A DNA stretch of 64,000 nt from Candidatus Moraniibacteriota bacterium (GCA_026985555.1 JALSQF010000003.1:62605-126604), one strand, 5' to 3'; positions 29,715 to 41,167 are shown, numbered from the stretch's first letter. Numbers and translations: made by a program. The notes: generated by a model from the letters alone, not told the origin.

Positions 29715-29888
29715 AAATTCTTTTTAATATCTTGCAGACAATTGGGAGTTGCTATCTTTTGCTCTCAATCAGGGAACTTTATTAGCCCAGACATGGGCGT
29801 TTTGGTCAAGGCTGAAACGTTCCTCGGCACTGTTCTCTCCCCGAGGTTCCTATATTTCGGGTTGTCTGCAAGATAATGAAAAGAATTT
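29715..29888 (+). ncRNA. ssrS: Probable 6S RNA
   Basis: About 175-nt rod closed by ATCTTGCAGACAA/TTGTCTGCAAGAT; central bubble; GGGAAC...GGCAC...GGTTCC elements; own promoter. Confidence 0.55.
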
Positions 29889-29924
29889 TTTTTATAAAAA
29901 AATAAAAATAATTTTTACAAATAA

Positions 29925-31400
29925 GTGCAAAAAATTAATAAGTCAAAAATATTTTTTTTAAGTAGTTTCAGTTTTTTAGTGGGAATTTTAGAAGAATCTT
30001 TTTTTCCTTTTTCTAAAATTATTCACTTGGAAATAATCGTAAGTATTCTTTTTCTTTGGTTAATAATATACCTTTTTGCTAATAAAAAAGCTAAAATTTC
30101 TATTGTTTTAATATTTTTTCTATTTTTAGGAGTTTTTAGAGTGCAATTAGCTTTAAAAGAAATAAATCAAGGTTATTCTTTTAATCAATTTTCTCAAAAA
30201 GGAATAATAGTTAATGATCCTATTATTAAAAATAATTATCAAAATTTAATAGTTTTAACTCAAGCTAAAGATCAAAAAAATAAAAATCAAAAAATAAAAA
30301 TATTAATAAAAACTAGTAAATATCCTCATTTCCAATATGGGGATAAAATAAATTATTTCTGTCAACCTAGAATTCCTCAAAATTTTTCTTCAGACTTTGA
30401 TTATAAAATGTTTTTAGCTAAAGATAAAATTTATTATGTTTGTTTAGATAATCACATTAAAATTATTCAGTCTAATCAAGGAAATTTTGTCTATAGTTTT
30501 TTATTAAAAACAAAAAAGAAACTAGAAAAAAATATAAATGAAAAACTTCCTCAACCCGAAGCAGCTTTAGCCAGTGGATTACTTTTAGGAGGAAGCCATA
30601 GAATGAGTTTGTCGTTACAGAAGCAGTTTTCTCAAACGGGTATGAGCCATATCGTTGCCGTTTCCGGATTTAATGTTACCATAATAGCTAATTATTTAAT
30701 ATTATTAGGAATTTTTTTGGGATTTAACAGAAAAAATGCTTTTTGGTTAGCTTTATTAGGAATTTTTTCTTTTATTGTTTTAATTGGTTGGCCAGCTTCA
30801 GCAGTGAGAGCGGGAATAATGAGTTCTTTTTTACTCTGGGCTATAAAAAAAGGAAGATTGGGAAATGCAATTAATGTTATTCTACTTGCTGTCGTAGGCA
30901 TGCTATTATTCAATCCACTTCTTTTGCGTTGGGATGTAGGTTTTCAGCTTTCTTTTCTAGCCACTTTAGGATTGATTTTATGGGCACCTCTAGGAGAAAA
31001 ATATTTTCTTCAAAAACATAAAACATTTGGTTTTGGAGAAATATTTTTTCTTACTTTAGTTGCTCAAATCTTTGTTTTGCCTATTATTTTTTCTAGCTTT
31101 CATAATTTTTCACCTCTTTCTTTGCTGGCTAATTTATTAATTCTTAGCGTGCTTCCCTTGACAGTTGGTTTAGTTTTTCTTTTGTCTATAAGTGTGATAT
31201 TTTTTCCATTTCTAACTTTATTCTTTGAATGGTTAAGTTATCTATTGCTTCATTATATAATAATTGTAATTAAAACTTTATCTAGCTGGGGCGTAGTCTA
31301 TAAAATAAATAATTTTTCATGGTATTTTTTTCTATTATGGTATATAATTTTATTTGTTTTTTATTTTTTATTAACTAAAAATAAGATTAAAGATAGATAG
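29925..31400 (+). CDS. comEC: ComEC/Rec2 competence channel (no metallo-beta-lactamase domain)
   Basis: GMSHIVAVSGFN, SAVRA and GFQLSF motifs. Confidence 0.92.
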   Translation: MQKINKSKIFFLSSFSFLVGILEESFFPFSKIIHLEIIVSILFLWLIIYLFANKKAKISIVLIFFLFLGVFRVQLALKEINQGYSFNQFSQKGIIVNDPIIKNNYQNLIVLTQAKDQKNKNQKIKILIKTSKYPHFQYGDKINYFCQPRIPQNFSSDFDYKMFLAKDKIYYVCLDNHIKIIQSNQGNFVYSFLLKTKKKLEKNINEKLPQPEAALASGLLLGGSHRMSLSLQKQFSQTGMSHIVAVSGFNVTIIANYLILLGIFLGFNRKNAFWLALLGIFSFIVLIGWPASAVRAGIMSSFLLWAIKKGRLGNAINVILLAVVGMLLFNPLLLRWDVGFQLSFLATLGLILWAPLGEKYFLQKHKTFGFGEIFFLTLVAQIFVLPIIFSSFHNFSPLSLLANLLILSVLPLTVGLVFLLSISVIFFPFLTLFFEWLSYLLLHYIIIVIKTLSSWGVVYKINNFSWYFFLLWYIILFVFYFLLTKNKIKDR

Positions 31401-31432
31401 ATTAGGAACTGGAAATATGATATAATAAAAAT

Positions 31433-34015
31433 ATGTCTAAAAAGAAAAAGAAAGAGAAATCAAACAAAACGAAGAAAATTCAAGAAAAAGAAAGAGTTAA
31501 AGTAGAAACACGACGAAATATTGCAGCTATTTTGCTTTTTTTATTAGGAGTATTATTTGTGCTTGGTTTTATTGAACAAGCAGGAATAGTGGGGAGATTT
31601 TTTAATAAAATAGGGGGTTTATCTTTTGGATGGGGAAAGTGGTTGTTTCCTTTAATGCTTTTTTTAACTTCTTTAGTGCTTTTGTTTCGCAAAAAAAATC
31701 ATTTTTATATAACTAAAATAGCTGGCTTAATTTTAGTTTTTTTTGGTTTTCTAGGATTATTTCATTTTACTTTTTCCGAAAAAGAATTTTTAGCAATGGC
31801 AAAAGCAGGAAAAGGCGGTGGTTTTTTAGGATATTTGTTGGCTATTATTTTGTTAAAATTAACAGGAAAAATAGCGGGAATAATTATTCTGATAGCTTTT
31901 GCTTTGATAGGAATTATTTTAGCTTTCAATTTTTCTTTATCTCTTTGGTTACATAAAGTAGTTAATTTTTGGAAAGATATTTTCAAGAAAGATAACGAGT
32001 TAGAAGATCCGGTTCAAACTAGTGGGGAAACTAAAATTAATATTGATACAGAAAATTTAGAAGATGAAAATAATCATTTAGAAACAAATGTGCTAGAAAA
32101 AGTTGCTTTATCGTCTCAAGGAAATAAAGAAAAAAACGAGAAAAAGATAAGTGATTTAACAATGAATTCTCAAAAAAAGATCACTAAAGCAAAGCAGATA
32201 AATCATTCCGAACAATCTCCAGATAAAAAAAATAACATAAAAAATATTAAATTTTTAGATGAAAGTGAAAAAAACAATCAATTGACAAATAATTTAAATC
32301 AGCAGGAAAATCTTTTAGGAGAAAATAGTTTTCAAGAAAATAATTTATTTTTAGAAGAAAATAAGACTGGGAAGAAAAAAAAGGATTTTTTAGAATGGAA
32401 AATGCCGCCTTTCAATTTAGTGGAAGGTAGTTCTCAAAATTTATCAGTTAAAAAAAATACCCGCAAGGAATTAAAAGAGAAACAAGCTAGAATAGTGGAA
32501 ACTCTAAAACATTTTGATATTATTGTAAAACCAGTGGGATTTCAAGAAGGTCCTACCGTTATTCAATACACTTTTTCTCCGGCTATGGGAGTTAAATTGA
32601 GTAAAATAACTTCTTTGAGTAATGATTTAGCTTTAGCTTTAGCTGCTCATTCTATTAGAATAGAAGCTCCTATACCAGGGAAATCTTTAATTGGCATTGA
32701 AGTGCCTAATACTAATCGTTCTGTTTTAATGCCGAGAGAAATATTAAAGGATAAGTCATTTCAAAACTTTAAAGGTAACTTGCCGATAGCTTTAGGTGAA
32801 GACATAAATGGAAAGTATGTAGTATCTAGTTTAGCTCAGATGCCCCATTTATTAATAGCAGGAACTACAGGATCAGGAAAAAGCGTTACGATGAATGCTA
32901 CTTTATTATCTTTATTGTATAAGAATAGTCCGGAAGATTTAAAGTTAATTTTAATAGATCCAAAACGAGTGGAATTTTCTTATTATGATAATATTCCTCA
33001 TTTAGTTTCCAATGTTATCAAAGATCAAAATAGAATAATGAATGCTTTGAAATGGACAATTGAAGAAATGAAAAAAAGATATAAATTGATTGAATTATCA
33101 AAATCAAGAGATATAGAATCTTACAACGAAAAAGCTTTTTTAAATTTATCTTTTCCAGTAGAAGAAAACGGAGAAAAGAAAATTATTAAAAAAATGAGTT
33201 ATATAGTAGTAGTTATAGATGAATTAGCAGAGATAATTATTAATCATAAAAAAGAAGTGGAAAGTTATATTGTACAAATTGCTCAAATGGGTAGGGCAGC
33301 AGGAATACATCTTATAATTTCCACCCAAAAGCCAAAAGCAGAAATAGTAACCAGTTTAATTAAAAGTAATATTCCTTCTAGAATTGCTCTGCATGTTCCT
33401 AATCAGATAGATTCTCGGACCATTATTGATCGTGGAGGAGCAGAAAAGTTGTTAGGAAAAGGTGATTTATTATTTTTAGGACCTAATACAGATCAAATTA
33501 TTCGTTTACAAGGAATTTATGTTTCAGAAAAAGACATTAAAGCGGTTACTGATTTTTGGAAAAAACAAGGAGAAAAAATAAAACTAAAACAGCAATTGAC
33601 AGAAAAAAATGAGGATAATAAAACAGGCGAAAACAAGGAAGAAAATGAAAATAAAGAAGAAAAAAATGACTCTTTTTTAGATGGGCCCAAAGAAGAAAAA
33701 ATTGATTTTAATGATGAAGTATTTGATGATCAATCAGATGAATTATATTTAAAAGCAAAAGAAGTGGCTCTTCAAGCAGGAGAAATATCAGCTTCTCTTT
33801 TACAAAGAAGATTAAGTATTGGTTATCCGAGAGCAGCTCGCTTAATTGACACATTGGAAGAGAAAGGAGTTATTGGACCTCCTCAAGGATTTAAACCAAG
33901 AAAGGTTATTAGTAATGATAATGATAAAGATCAAAATCAAAAAAATTTTTCTAATGAAATTGATTATCAAGATTCTTTAGCGGATCAATCAAAAAGGGAT
34001 AAGTGGCAAATTTAA
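31433..34015 (+). CDS. ftsK: DNA translocase FtsK
   Basis: N-terminal TMs; IRIEAPIPGK, AGTTGSGKS; gamma domain LQRRLSIGYPRA. Confidence 0.96.
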   Translation: MSKKKKKEKSNKTKKIQEKERVKVETRRNIAAILLFLLGVLFVLGFIEQAGIVGRFFNKIGGLSFGWGKWLFPLMLFLTSLVLLFRKKNHFYITKIAGLILVFFGFLGLFHFTFSEKEFLAMAKAGKGGGFLGYLLAIILLKLTGKIAGIIILIAFALIGIILAFNFSLSLWLHKVVNFWKDIFKKDNELEDPVQTSGETKINIDTENLEDENNHLETNVLEKVALSSQGNKEKNEKKISDLTMNSQKKITKAKQINHSEQSPDKKNNIKNIKFLDESEKNNQLTNNLNQQENLLGENSFQENNLFLEENKTGKKKKDFLEWKMPPFNLVEGSSQNLSVKKNTRKELKEKQARIVETLKHFDIIVKPVGFQEGPTVIQYTFSPAMGVKLSKITSLSNDLALALAAHSIRIEAPIPGKSLIGIEVPNTNRSVLMPREILKDKSFQNFKGNLPIALGEDINGKYVVSSLAQMPHLLIAGTTGSGKSVTMNATLLSLLYKNSPEDLKLILIDPKRVEFSYYDNIPHLVSNVIKDQNRIMNALKWTIEEMKKRYKLIELSKSRDIESYNEKAFLNLSFPVEENGEKKIIKKMSYIVVVIDELAEIIINHKKEVESYIVQIAQMGRAAGIHLIISTQKPKAEIVTSLIKSNIPSRIALHVPNQIDSRTIIDRGGAEKLLGKGDLLFLGPNTDQIIRLQGIYVSEKDIKAVTDFWKKQGEKIKLKQQLTEKNEDNKTGENKEENENKEEKNDSFLDGPKEEKIDFNDEVFDDQSDELYLKAKEVALQAGEISASLLQRRLSIGYPRAARLIDTLEEKGVIGPPQGFKPRKVISNDNDKDQNQKNFSNEIDYQDSLADQSKRDKWQI

Positions 34016-34085
34016 AAAAAAATCTTTATTTTATTATTTTTGTTTATTTAAATAAAAAGCAACAAATTTTTTATGAATTAATTTT

Positions 34086-34766
34086 ATGAATGGATTTAAA
34101 AAGAAAAAAGTAAGAGGACTTACTTTAGGTGAAAAAATGCAAGAATTACGTAATGAAAGAAGAATTAGTTTAAATGAAATATCTAAAAATACTCAAATTC
34201 CTATAAAATATTTAATTAATTTAGAAAAAGGAGATTATGAAAAATTACCAGCCGATGTTTATATTAAGGGATTTTTAAGAAGTTGCGCAGAATATTTAAA
34301 TGTGAATCCTAATATTTTATTGAAATATTATGAGAGAGAAAAAGGTATTCAAAGTAATATCAAAAAAACTTCTTCTAGTTTTCAAAAGAAAATTATTAAT
34401 TTACCTAAAATAGATTTCTTTACTTTTAAATTTAAATATTTTATTATACTAGTATTATTGGTAATATTAAGCAGTGGAGGATTTTTTATATACACAGAAT
34501 TAAATAAATTTATTTCTGCTCCTCGTTTAGTTGTTTTAATTCCACAAAATGGAGAGACAGTTCAAAAAACGGAATTAGTTTTAAAAGGAGTAACAGAAGA
34601 AAATGCAAAGGTAAAAATTAATCAACAACCAATATTAGTTAAAGACCAAGGTCATTTTGAAGAAAAGATTATTATTAAAAAGGGAGAAAATAAAATTATA
34701 ATTCAAGCGGAAAATCGTTTTCACAAAAAAACAGAAAAACAAATTATTGTTTACGGCAAATTTTAA
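34086..34766 (+). CDS. RodZ-like HTH membrane protein
   Basis: HTH_25 (LEKGDY..LP..VYIKGFLR), TM helix, Ig-like C-terminus. Confidence 0.8.
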   Translation: MNGFKKKKVRGLTLGEKMQELRNERRISLNEISKNTQIPIKYLINLEKGDYEKLPADVYIKGFLRSCAEYLNVNPNILLKYYEREKGIQSNIKKTSSSFQKKIINLPKIDFFTFKFKYFIILVLLVILSSGGFFIYTELNKFISAPRLVVLIPQNGETVQKTELVLKGVTEENAKVKINQQPILVKDQGHFEEKIIIKKGENKIIIQAENRFHKKTEKQIIVYGKF

Positions 34767-34800
34767 ATAAAATAAGTTTGGTAATTAAAAATTAAAAAAT

Positions 34801-35826
34801 ATGGTTAAAAAGAAAAGTGATAAAAAAGCTAGCAATAAAGTTGAAAATACTAAAGTTGCTAAAGTGGTAGACGAAATTAGGGGGAAGTTTGGCGAAGGAA
34901 CAATTATGAAATTGGGGGAAGTAAAAAAAGTAGATGTAGAATCTATTCCCACTGGTTCGGTTTCTTTAGATTTAGCTTTAGGAATAGGAGGTGTTCCGAG
35001 AGGAAGGATTATAGAAATTTATGGACCAGAATCTTCTGGAAAAACAACTTTATCCTTGCATATTATTGCTAATGCTCAAAAAATGGGAGGAACAGCTGCT
35101 TTTGTGGATGCAGAGCACGCTTTAGATCCAGAATATGCTAAAAAAATAGGAGTTAAGATAAATGATTTATTGATTTCACAACCAGACACAGGAGAACAGG
35201 CTTTGGATATCGTGGAAACTTTAGTGCGTTCTGGAGCTATTGATGTAATTGTAATTGATTCAGTAGCTGCTTTAGTTCCACGGGCGGAGATTGAAGGAGA
35301 AATGGGAGATCAGCACGTTGGCAGGCAAGCTCGTTTAATGTCTCAAGCTTTGCGTAAGCTGACAGCTATTATTGCGCGTAGCAATACTACAGTTATTTTT
35401 ATTAATCAAATTAGAATGAAAATTGGAGTAATGTTTGGTAATCCAGAAACGACTACGGGAGGAAATGCTCTAAAATTTTATTCTTCAGTTAGAATTGAAG
35501 TAAGAAGATCAGCTCAAATTAAAAAAGCGGACGAAGTAGTAGGGAATAGAGTAAAAGTAAAAGTAGTTAAAAATAAAGTAGCTCCTCCTTTTAAAACTAC
35601 AGAATTTGATATTATGTATAATGAAGGAATTTCTCGTTCAGGTGATTTATTGGACACGGGAGTAAAGTATGAAGTGATTAAAAAAGCGGGGAATTCTTAT
35701 TCTTATGAAGGAGAAAAATTAGGGGTAGGAAGAGAGAAAGCCAAAGCTTTTTTAAAGGAAAATAAAAAACTTTTTGAGAAAATTGCCAAAAAAATTAATA
35801 AAGTAGTAGAAAATAATAAAGATTAA
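34801..35826 (+). CDS. recA: Recombinase A
   Basis: [15 protein letters not shown] and GGNALKFY motifs. Confidence 0.99.
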   Translation: MVKKKSDKKASNKVENTKVAKVVDEIRGKFGEGTIMKLGEVKKVDVESIPTGSVSLDLALGIGGVPRGRIIEIYGPESSGKTTLSLHIIANAQKMGGTAAFVDAEHALDPEYAKKIGVKINDLLISQPDTGEQALDIVETLVRSGAIDVIVIDSVAALVPRAEIEGEMGDQHVGRQARLMSQALRKLTAIIARSNTTVIFINQIRMKIGVMFGNPETTTGGNALKFYSSVRIEVRRSAQIKKADEVVGNRVKVKVVKNKVAPPFKTTEFDIMYNEGISRSGDLLDTGVKYEVIKKAGNSYSYEGEKLGVGREKAKAFLKENKKLFEKIAKKINKVVENNKD

Positions 35827-36027
35827 TAAAGTTTTGTATTGAAAAAATAAATTATTTATTATCTTTTTCTGTTTTGCATTTTTATTTAAAGAAAATTAAA
35901 GCTTGAAATTGTTTTAATGGTTCAATTAATGTAAGCTTAATTTATTAAAAAAATAATAAGACTTTTTAACTTATTATTTTTTGTGTAAATTTTTGAAAAA
36001 TAAATCAAAAAGAATGTCTAATATTTT

Positions 36028-36594
36028 ATGACAACAAAGATATTAACTATTGTTCTTCCAGAATATAATTTAAATAGAAGGCCAAATTATCTTAAGATCG
36101 GTCAGAAAGTAGATACACTGATAGAGAAAAATTTATCTGATGGAGAATATCTTTATAGAGCGATAGGAAAAGATGATCATCCCCATCTTTCGTTAGATAA
36201 ATTGATAAATATTATTCTTCAATTAGGAACTGATAAATATGATTTTCAAAGAAAAGAAGTTTGTTTTGAAGAGTTTTCTGGATATGATCATGATATTCAA
36301 GCTGGATTTTTTAAAATAAAAAACCATAAAATTATCTTAGACAATTCTTATGAATATCCTTCGTTATTTGGTGATACTATAAAAAATTTTTATGAAAATG
36401 CCTTATTAGACAGAGGATTTAAAGTTAGAATTGATATCCTTATGATTTATGATGCTAAAAAATTAGTTAGAGCTAGAAAAACTAACCATAAAAAGAAAAG
36501 CGTAAATTCTGAACTAGAAAAATGTTTATATAAATTTAAAAATCCTCAACAAAAGAGAGATGCATTAGTAGCAATAGTTAAAATTTTAAGGTAA
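36028..36594 (+). CDS. Hypothetical protein
   Basis: 188-aa ORF, no recognised motif. Confidence 0.65.
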   Translation: MTTKILTIVLPEYNLNRRPNYLKIGQKVDTLIEKNLSDGEYLYRAIGKDDHPHLSLDKLINIILQLGTDKYDFQRKEVCFEEFSGYDHDIQAGFFKIKNHKIILDNSYEYPSLFGDTIKNFYENALLDRGFKVRIDILMIYDAKKLVRARKTNHKKKSVNSELEKCLYKFKNPQQKRDALVAIVKILR

Positions 36595-36660
36595 AGTTTT
36601 CTCTTGGATTTCAAATAGTATATAATATATATAAGTGCTGAAAAATTAAAAAGTTTAAGA

Positions 36661-39600
36661 TTAAAAACTAGTTACTCGCCTTACTTCTTCAAAAGTAGTT
36701 TTTCCTTGAATAATTTTTATAATTCCATCTTCATACATAGTTATCATACCATTTTGTACGGCTTTTTGTTTTATATCAGTAGCTAAAGCTCTTTGAGCAA
36801 TAAGATGGCGAATACTATCATCTACAACCAAAACTTCACTGATAGGCGCGCGTCCTTTGTAGCCGAGATGATTACATTTTTCACATCCGTTAGGTTCGTA
36901 AATATATTCTGGAAGAGTAATTTCTAAATCTTTTATTTTAGAAGAAACAGACTTAATAATTTTTTTAAATTCTTCTTTTTCTTCTGGTTTGATTTTTCTT
37001 CGTTTTTTACAGCTACATAATTTTCTTACAAGGCGTTGAGACATAAAAGCATTAGCAGAGTTGGCTAAATTATCAGCATCTACACCTAAACCTATTAGGC
37101 GGGGTGCTACTCCAGAGGCGTCGTTAGTACGCAAAGTTGATAAGAGTAAATGACCACTTATAGAAGCTTGCACTGTGATTTTAGCGGTTTCATCATCACG
37201 AATTTCTCCAACCATTAGAATATCGGGATTTTGCCTAAGAAGAGAACGTAGCGCTGTAGCAAAAGTATAATTCTTTTCTTTATTTACTTGAGTCTGTAAT
37301 ATTCCCTTCAGTTGATATTCAATGGGATCTTCTACTGTGATGATTTTTAATTCTGGCTGACTAAGTCCACTTAGAATGCTGTAAAGAGTAGTAGTTTTTC
37401 CTGAACCAGTGGGTCCAGCGTTAAGGAATAGGCCATTAGGTTTGCTTGTTTCTTGAATAATCCTCTTTAAATTATAAGGGAGAATTTCTAATTGTTCTAT
37501 ATCTTTAGCAATAGCCGAATGGTTTGAAAATTTCATTATAACTGTTTCACCATATCCTCCTGCTATAAATGATATTCTAATGTTTACTTTAGTTTCTTGA
37601 ATAATAGAATTATTTTCTATATAGAGAGTAAAACGGCTATCTTTTAAGCCAACTTGTTTTTCCGATTTGAGTCCGCTTAATAATTTTAATTTACCTAGTA
37701 AGAAAGGGTATTCATCAAGTGGAATTCTAGCCATATTTTGAATAACTCCATCAATACGATAACGTATAACTACATCTTTTTCTTCAGGCTCAATATGAAT
37801 ATCTTCTGCTTCCCAAAGAAGAGCGCCAGTTAAAATGTATTCAGTTAATTTTTTAAAAGGAGTTTTTTTAATTAAAGATTGAAACTTTTGAGGAGAATGA
37901 GAGTATTCTTTAATTTTGTCAATATTTTTTTTCTCTATGTTTATTCCTCTAGATAAGGATTGTTCCATTAATTTATTATAGAGATTTTTTAAGAATTTAG
38001 TTTCACCGGCTACTCTTTGGACTTCTTCTAATGAAGTGATTCCTTCTATGGCTTTGATAATTCCATCTTGAGCCATAGTAACCATACCCTCTTCAATAGC
38101 TGTTTGAGTAATAGTATCTTCACTTTCCATTTTTAAAATAAGTTGTTTAATATTTTCACTAACTGGCAACACTTCAAAAATACCTATACGTCCTTTATAA
38201 CCAGTGTAGTTGCAATGAGAACAACCCCGAGAACGATAAAGAAAATCTATGTTTTTAGGTATGGTAATATTTGAGCGAGGAGAAATAACAGAAAGTAGTT
38301 CTTTTAATAAATTAGCAACTTTGTCAGCAGGTTTGTATTTTTCTTTGCAATAAGGACATAGTTTACGAACAAGTCGTTGTGCCATAAAAATATTGGCTGA
38401 AGCAGCGATTAAATTAGGACGCGCTCCTAATTCTATAAAACGAGGAATAGTTCCTGCCGCATTATTAGTATGAAGAGTAGATAATACTAAATGTCCAGTT
38501 AAAGCAGCATTAATAGCAATATCAGCAGTTTCATCATCTCTAATTTCTCCTACAAGAATAATGTCAGGATCTTGTCTGACAATGGCTCGTAATCCTTCTG
38601 CAAAAGAATAATGGCGATCTGGAGCTACCTGGGTTTGAGAAATATTTTCAATTTGATACTCAATTGGATTTTCTATGGTAACAATTTTTACTCCGGGTTT
38701 ATTAAGCAAATTAATAAAAGAATAAAGAGTAGTAGTTTTTCCTGAACCAGTGGGTCCAGTAGTGAGAATCATTCCATTTGGTCTAGCAATTTCTTTTTTT
38801 ACTAATTCATAAGCTTTTCCTCTTAATCCTAACTTTTCTATAGTTAATAAAACCTTTCTTTGATCTAATAAACGCATTACAATAGTTTCTCCATAATTTC
38901 CAGGAAGAACACTAGATCTTATATCTATTCTTTCTTTATTTACTTTTATAGTGAAATGTCCATCTTGAGCAATATCATGAAGATTTATTTTCATTTTACT
39001 CATCATTTTTAAACGAAAGATTATCTGATGGTGAATTTTTTTTGGAAAAAAACCTATATCTTGTAAAACTCCATCAAGTCTATAACGTAAACGTATTTGA
39101 TCATCCTGTGGTTCTAGATGGATATCGCTAGCTCCCATTTTTAAAGCTCCAGCTATAATAGTGTTAATGATTTCTGTTGTGGGTAATTCTAATATCCTTT
39201 CTTTTAAATTGATAAGATTCTTAAATTTTTCTTCAAATTTATCTAAATCTTTTGTAGTTAGGTTGGCCTGAGTAAGATCTAAAAAAGTTAAGTATTTTTT
39301 TTCATTATATTTTTTCCAAGCTTTTTCTAAAGAAGAAAAAGAAACTATATAAGGAGATATTTGCCAACCTTTTTCTTTTTTAAGATAATCAAGATATTTT
39401 TTAAAACCAGGAAGAGCAGGATTAAATATAGCTAAACGAATACGTTTATTAGTTTTTTGAAAAGAAGCTATTTTAAATTTTCGGGCATCTTTTTCTGGAA
39501 TAATTTGAACTGTTTCAGGATCAATGGCAAAAAGGGAAAGATCTATATAAGGTAAGTGATTTTCTTTAGCTAAACGGAAGGCTAATTCTTCTTCAGAAAG

Positions 39601-39690
39601 ATGTTGTAATTTTTTAAAGGTTCTTTTTAAACGTTCTTCTTTTCTTTTTTTCCAGGGAGATAGAAATTTTTTCTTTATTATTTTGACCAT
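36661..39690 (-). CDS. Tandem double GspE/PilB-type secretion ATPase
   Basis: Two copies of DIHxEP, RYRxDG, GPTGSGKTTTLY and DPD/NPD..VGEIRD. Confidence 0.92.
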   Translation of the reverse strand: MVKIIKKKFLSPWKKRKEERLKRTFKKLQHLSEEELAFRLAKENHLPYIDLSLFAIDPETVQIIPEKDARKFKIASFQKTNKRIRLAIFNPALPGFKKYLDYLKKEKGWQISPYIVSFSSLEKAWKKYNEKKYLTFLDLTQANLTTKDLDKFEEKFKNLINLKERILELPTTEIINTIIAGALKMGASDIHLEPQDDQIRLRYRLDGVLQDIGFFPKKIHHQIIFRLKMMSKMKINLHDIAQDGHFTIKVNKERIDIRSSVLPGNYGETIVMRLLDQRKVLLTIEKLGLRGKAYELVKKEIARPNGMILTTGPTGSGKTTTLYSFINLLNKPGVKIVTIENPIEYQIENISQTQVAPDRHYSFAEGLRAIVRQDPDIILVGEIRDDETADIAINAALTGHLVLSTLHTNNAAGTIPRFIELGARPNLIAASANIFMAQRLVRKLCPYCKEKYKPADKVANLLKELLSVISPRSNITIPKNIDFLYRSRGCSHCNYTGYKGRIGIFEVLPVSENIKQLILKMESEDTITQTAIEEGMVTMAQDGIIKAIEGITSLEEVQRVAGETKFLKNLYNKLMEQSLSRGINIEKKNIDKIKEYSHSPQKFQSLIKKTPFKKLTEYILTGALLWEAEDIHIEPEEKDVVIRYRIDGVIQNMARIPLDEYPFLLGKLKLLSGLKSEKQVGLKDSRFTLYIENNSIIQETKVNIRISFIAGGYGETVIMKFSNHSAIAKDIEQLEILPYNLKRIIQETSKPNGLFLNAGPTGSGKTTTLYSILSGLSQPELKIITVEDPIEYQLKGILQTQVNKEKNYTFATALRSLLRQNPDILMVGEIRDDETAKITVQASISGHLLLSTLRTNDASGVAPRLIGLGVDADNLANSANAFMSQRLVRKLCSCKKRRKIKPEEKEEFKKIIKSVSSKIKDLEITLPEYIYEPNGCEKCNHLGYKGRAPISEVLVVDDSIRHLIAQRALATDIKQKAVQNGMITMYEDGIIKIIQGKTTFEEVRRVTSF

Positions 39691-39804
39691 TTTTTATTTT
39701 TATTTGAGTATTAATTAAAGAAAGTAGGATATAAAAAATAATTTATTTATAGTATAAACTATTTTAATTAGATAAACAACAATATTTTTTGTTCTTTAAA
39801 TTTT

Positions 39805-40965
39805 CTAATTCAATGTATTTTTTATAAGTTGCAAGGCTTCTTTTTCAGCTTCTTCTAAATTAGAAGCAGAAACATAAGCTACAATTAAATTATTTTCTTC
39901 TTGAAATCTAGAATTGTTAATCATTTTTTCTATTATATTAGGCACAGTAGTTTTGATAAATAATTTAAATTTTTGAGATTTTTCTTGAAAAATAGCTATA
40001 AAAACTTTTCCATTAGAATAATTGTTTTGAATTTTAGTAAGTATTTCTGGTAGATAATAAGGTTGAGTGCGAGTTTGGATAAAATCTTCTAAGGTTATAA
40101 TTGTCCAAGCCAAACCCAATCCATCGTCATATTTTAATTTTGACATAGCTTTTCCCCAAAGCTTTAGCAAAGATAATGGTTGTGTTTTATAAAGATGTCT
40201 GATTATTTCTTGTTGATCAGCTCCTTTTTCAATTAGTTGAGCTGAAATTTGGAGGGAACGAGGAGTGGTATTTTTTCTCTGAAAACTATTAGTAGCGCTA
40301 ATAATGCCACTCAATAAAGAATGCAAAATAAAATGATTAATATTTTGAGAAAAATATTTTTCTAAAAACAAGTAAACAATCTCACTATTAGATGAAGCAA
40401 CTACATTAACTAAATTTATTTGTCCGAAATTATCATTATGACTATGGTAGTCAATATTAACTACAGGAATTTCATAAAAGATGTCAGGATTTTTTTCATA
40501 AATTTCACCTAAAGATTCTTTATCAGGAATGCCAATGGTAATAACTAAATCATAATGAAAAACTGAGGGAATAAAAGAAAAATCGCGAGGATCAAAAGAA
40601 CCATACTCTGGAGTAACATAAATTCTTAATTCATTTTCTTTTTGTTCCACCTTTGTGTCTATTATTTTTTTATGTTGTGTATTGAAAGATAATACAAAAT
40701 CTTGCGCTCCTGTTATTTTTTCTTGAAGGTTAGAAGGTGTATCTAAAAAGGAAAATTTTTTCAAAGCAATATTTTTTTTCCATTGAGGAAAAATTAAAGT
40801 AGGATTATTGCCAAGTTGTTTGGATAAATTATAAATGCTCCAAGCGGAACCAATAATATCTCCATCGGCGTTAGAAGGAATTAAAATCAAAATATTTTGA
40901 CTTTTTTTAATTATTCTTGCAAATTGTTCTTCAGATGTTAAAACCATAGTGAGGCAGAATAGCAA
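39805..40965 (-). CDS. DHH-family phosphoesterase-like protein (degenerate)
   Basis: DGD, NIDYH..N..FG.INLV and T.SFQ..NTT motifs. Confidence 0.7.
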   Translation of the reverse strand: MLFCLTMVLTSEEQFARIIKKSQNILILIPSNADGDIIGSAWSIYNLSKQLGNNPTLIFPQWKKNIALKKFSFLDTPSNLQEKITGAQDFVLSFNTQHKKIIDTKVEQKENELRIYVTPEYGSFDPRDFSFIPSVFHYDLVITIGIPDKESLGEIYEKNPDIFYEIPVVNIDYHSHNDNFGQINLVNVVASSNSEIVYLFLEKYFSQNINHFILHSLLSGIISATNSFQRKNTTPRSLQISAQLIEKGADQQEIIRHLYKTQPLSLLKLWGKAMSKLKYDDGLGLAWTIITLEDFIQTRTQPYYLPEILTKIQNNYSNGKVFIAIFQEKSQKFKLFIKTTVPNIIEKMINNSRFQEENNLIVAYVSASNLEEAEKEALQLIKNTLN

Positions 40966-41167
40966 AAGAACTTTAAATTGTCAACTTTTTGTACTGAATA
41001 ACTATATTTATAGGTATTTTTACTAAAATTTTAATTTAGTTTTTCAAGCTTAATTTTTAGAAAATTTAAAACCTGAATCAAGAAACTTTAAGTGTTTACA
41101 AAGTGTTTTATTTTAATTATAGTTTTAATAAATAATTTAACTAACCTTTATTTTTAGAAAAAACTTC

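Noticed and set aside
29749-29961. 70-aa ORF
   Set aside because: Overlaps the structured RNA, has a TTG start and no protein features
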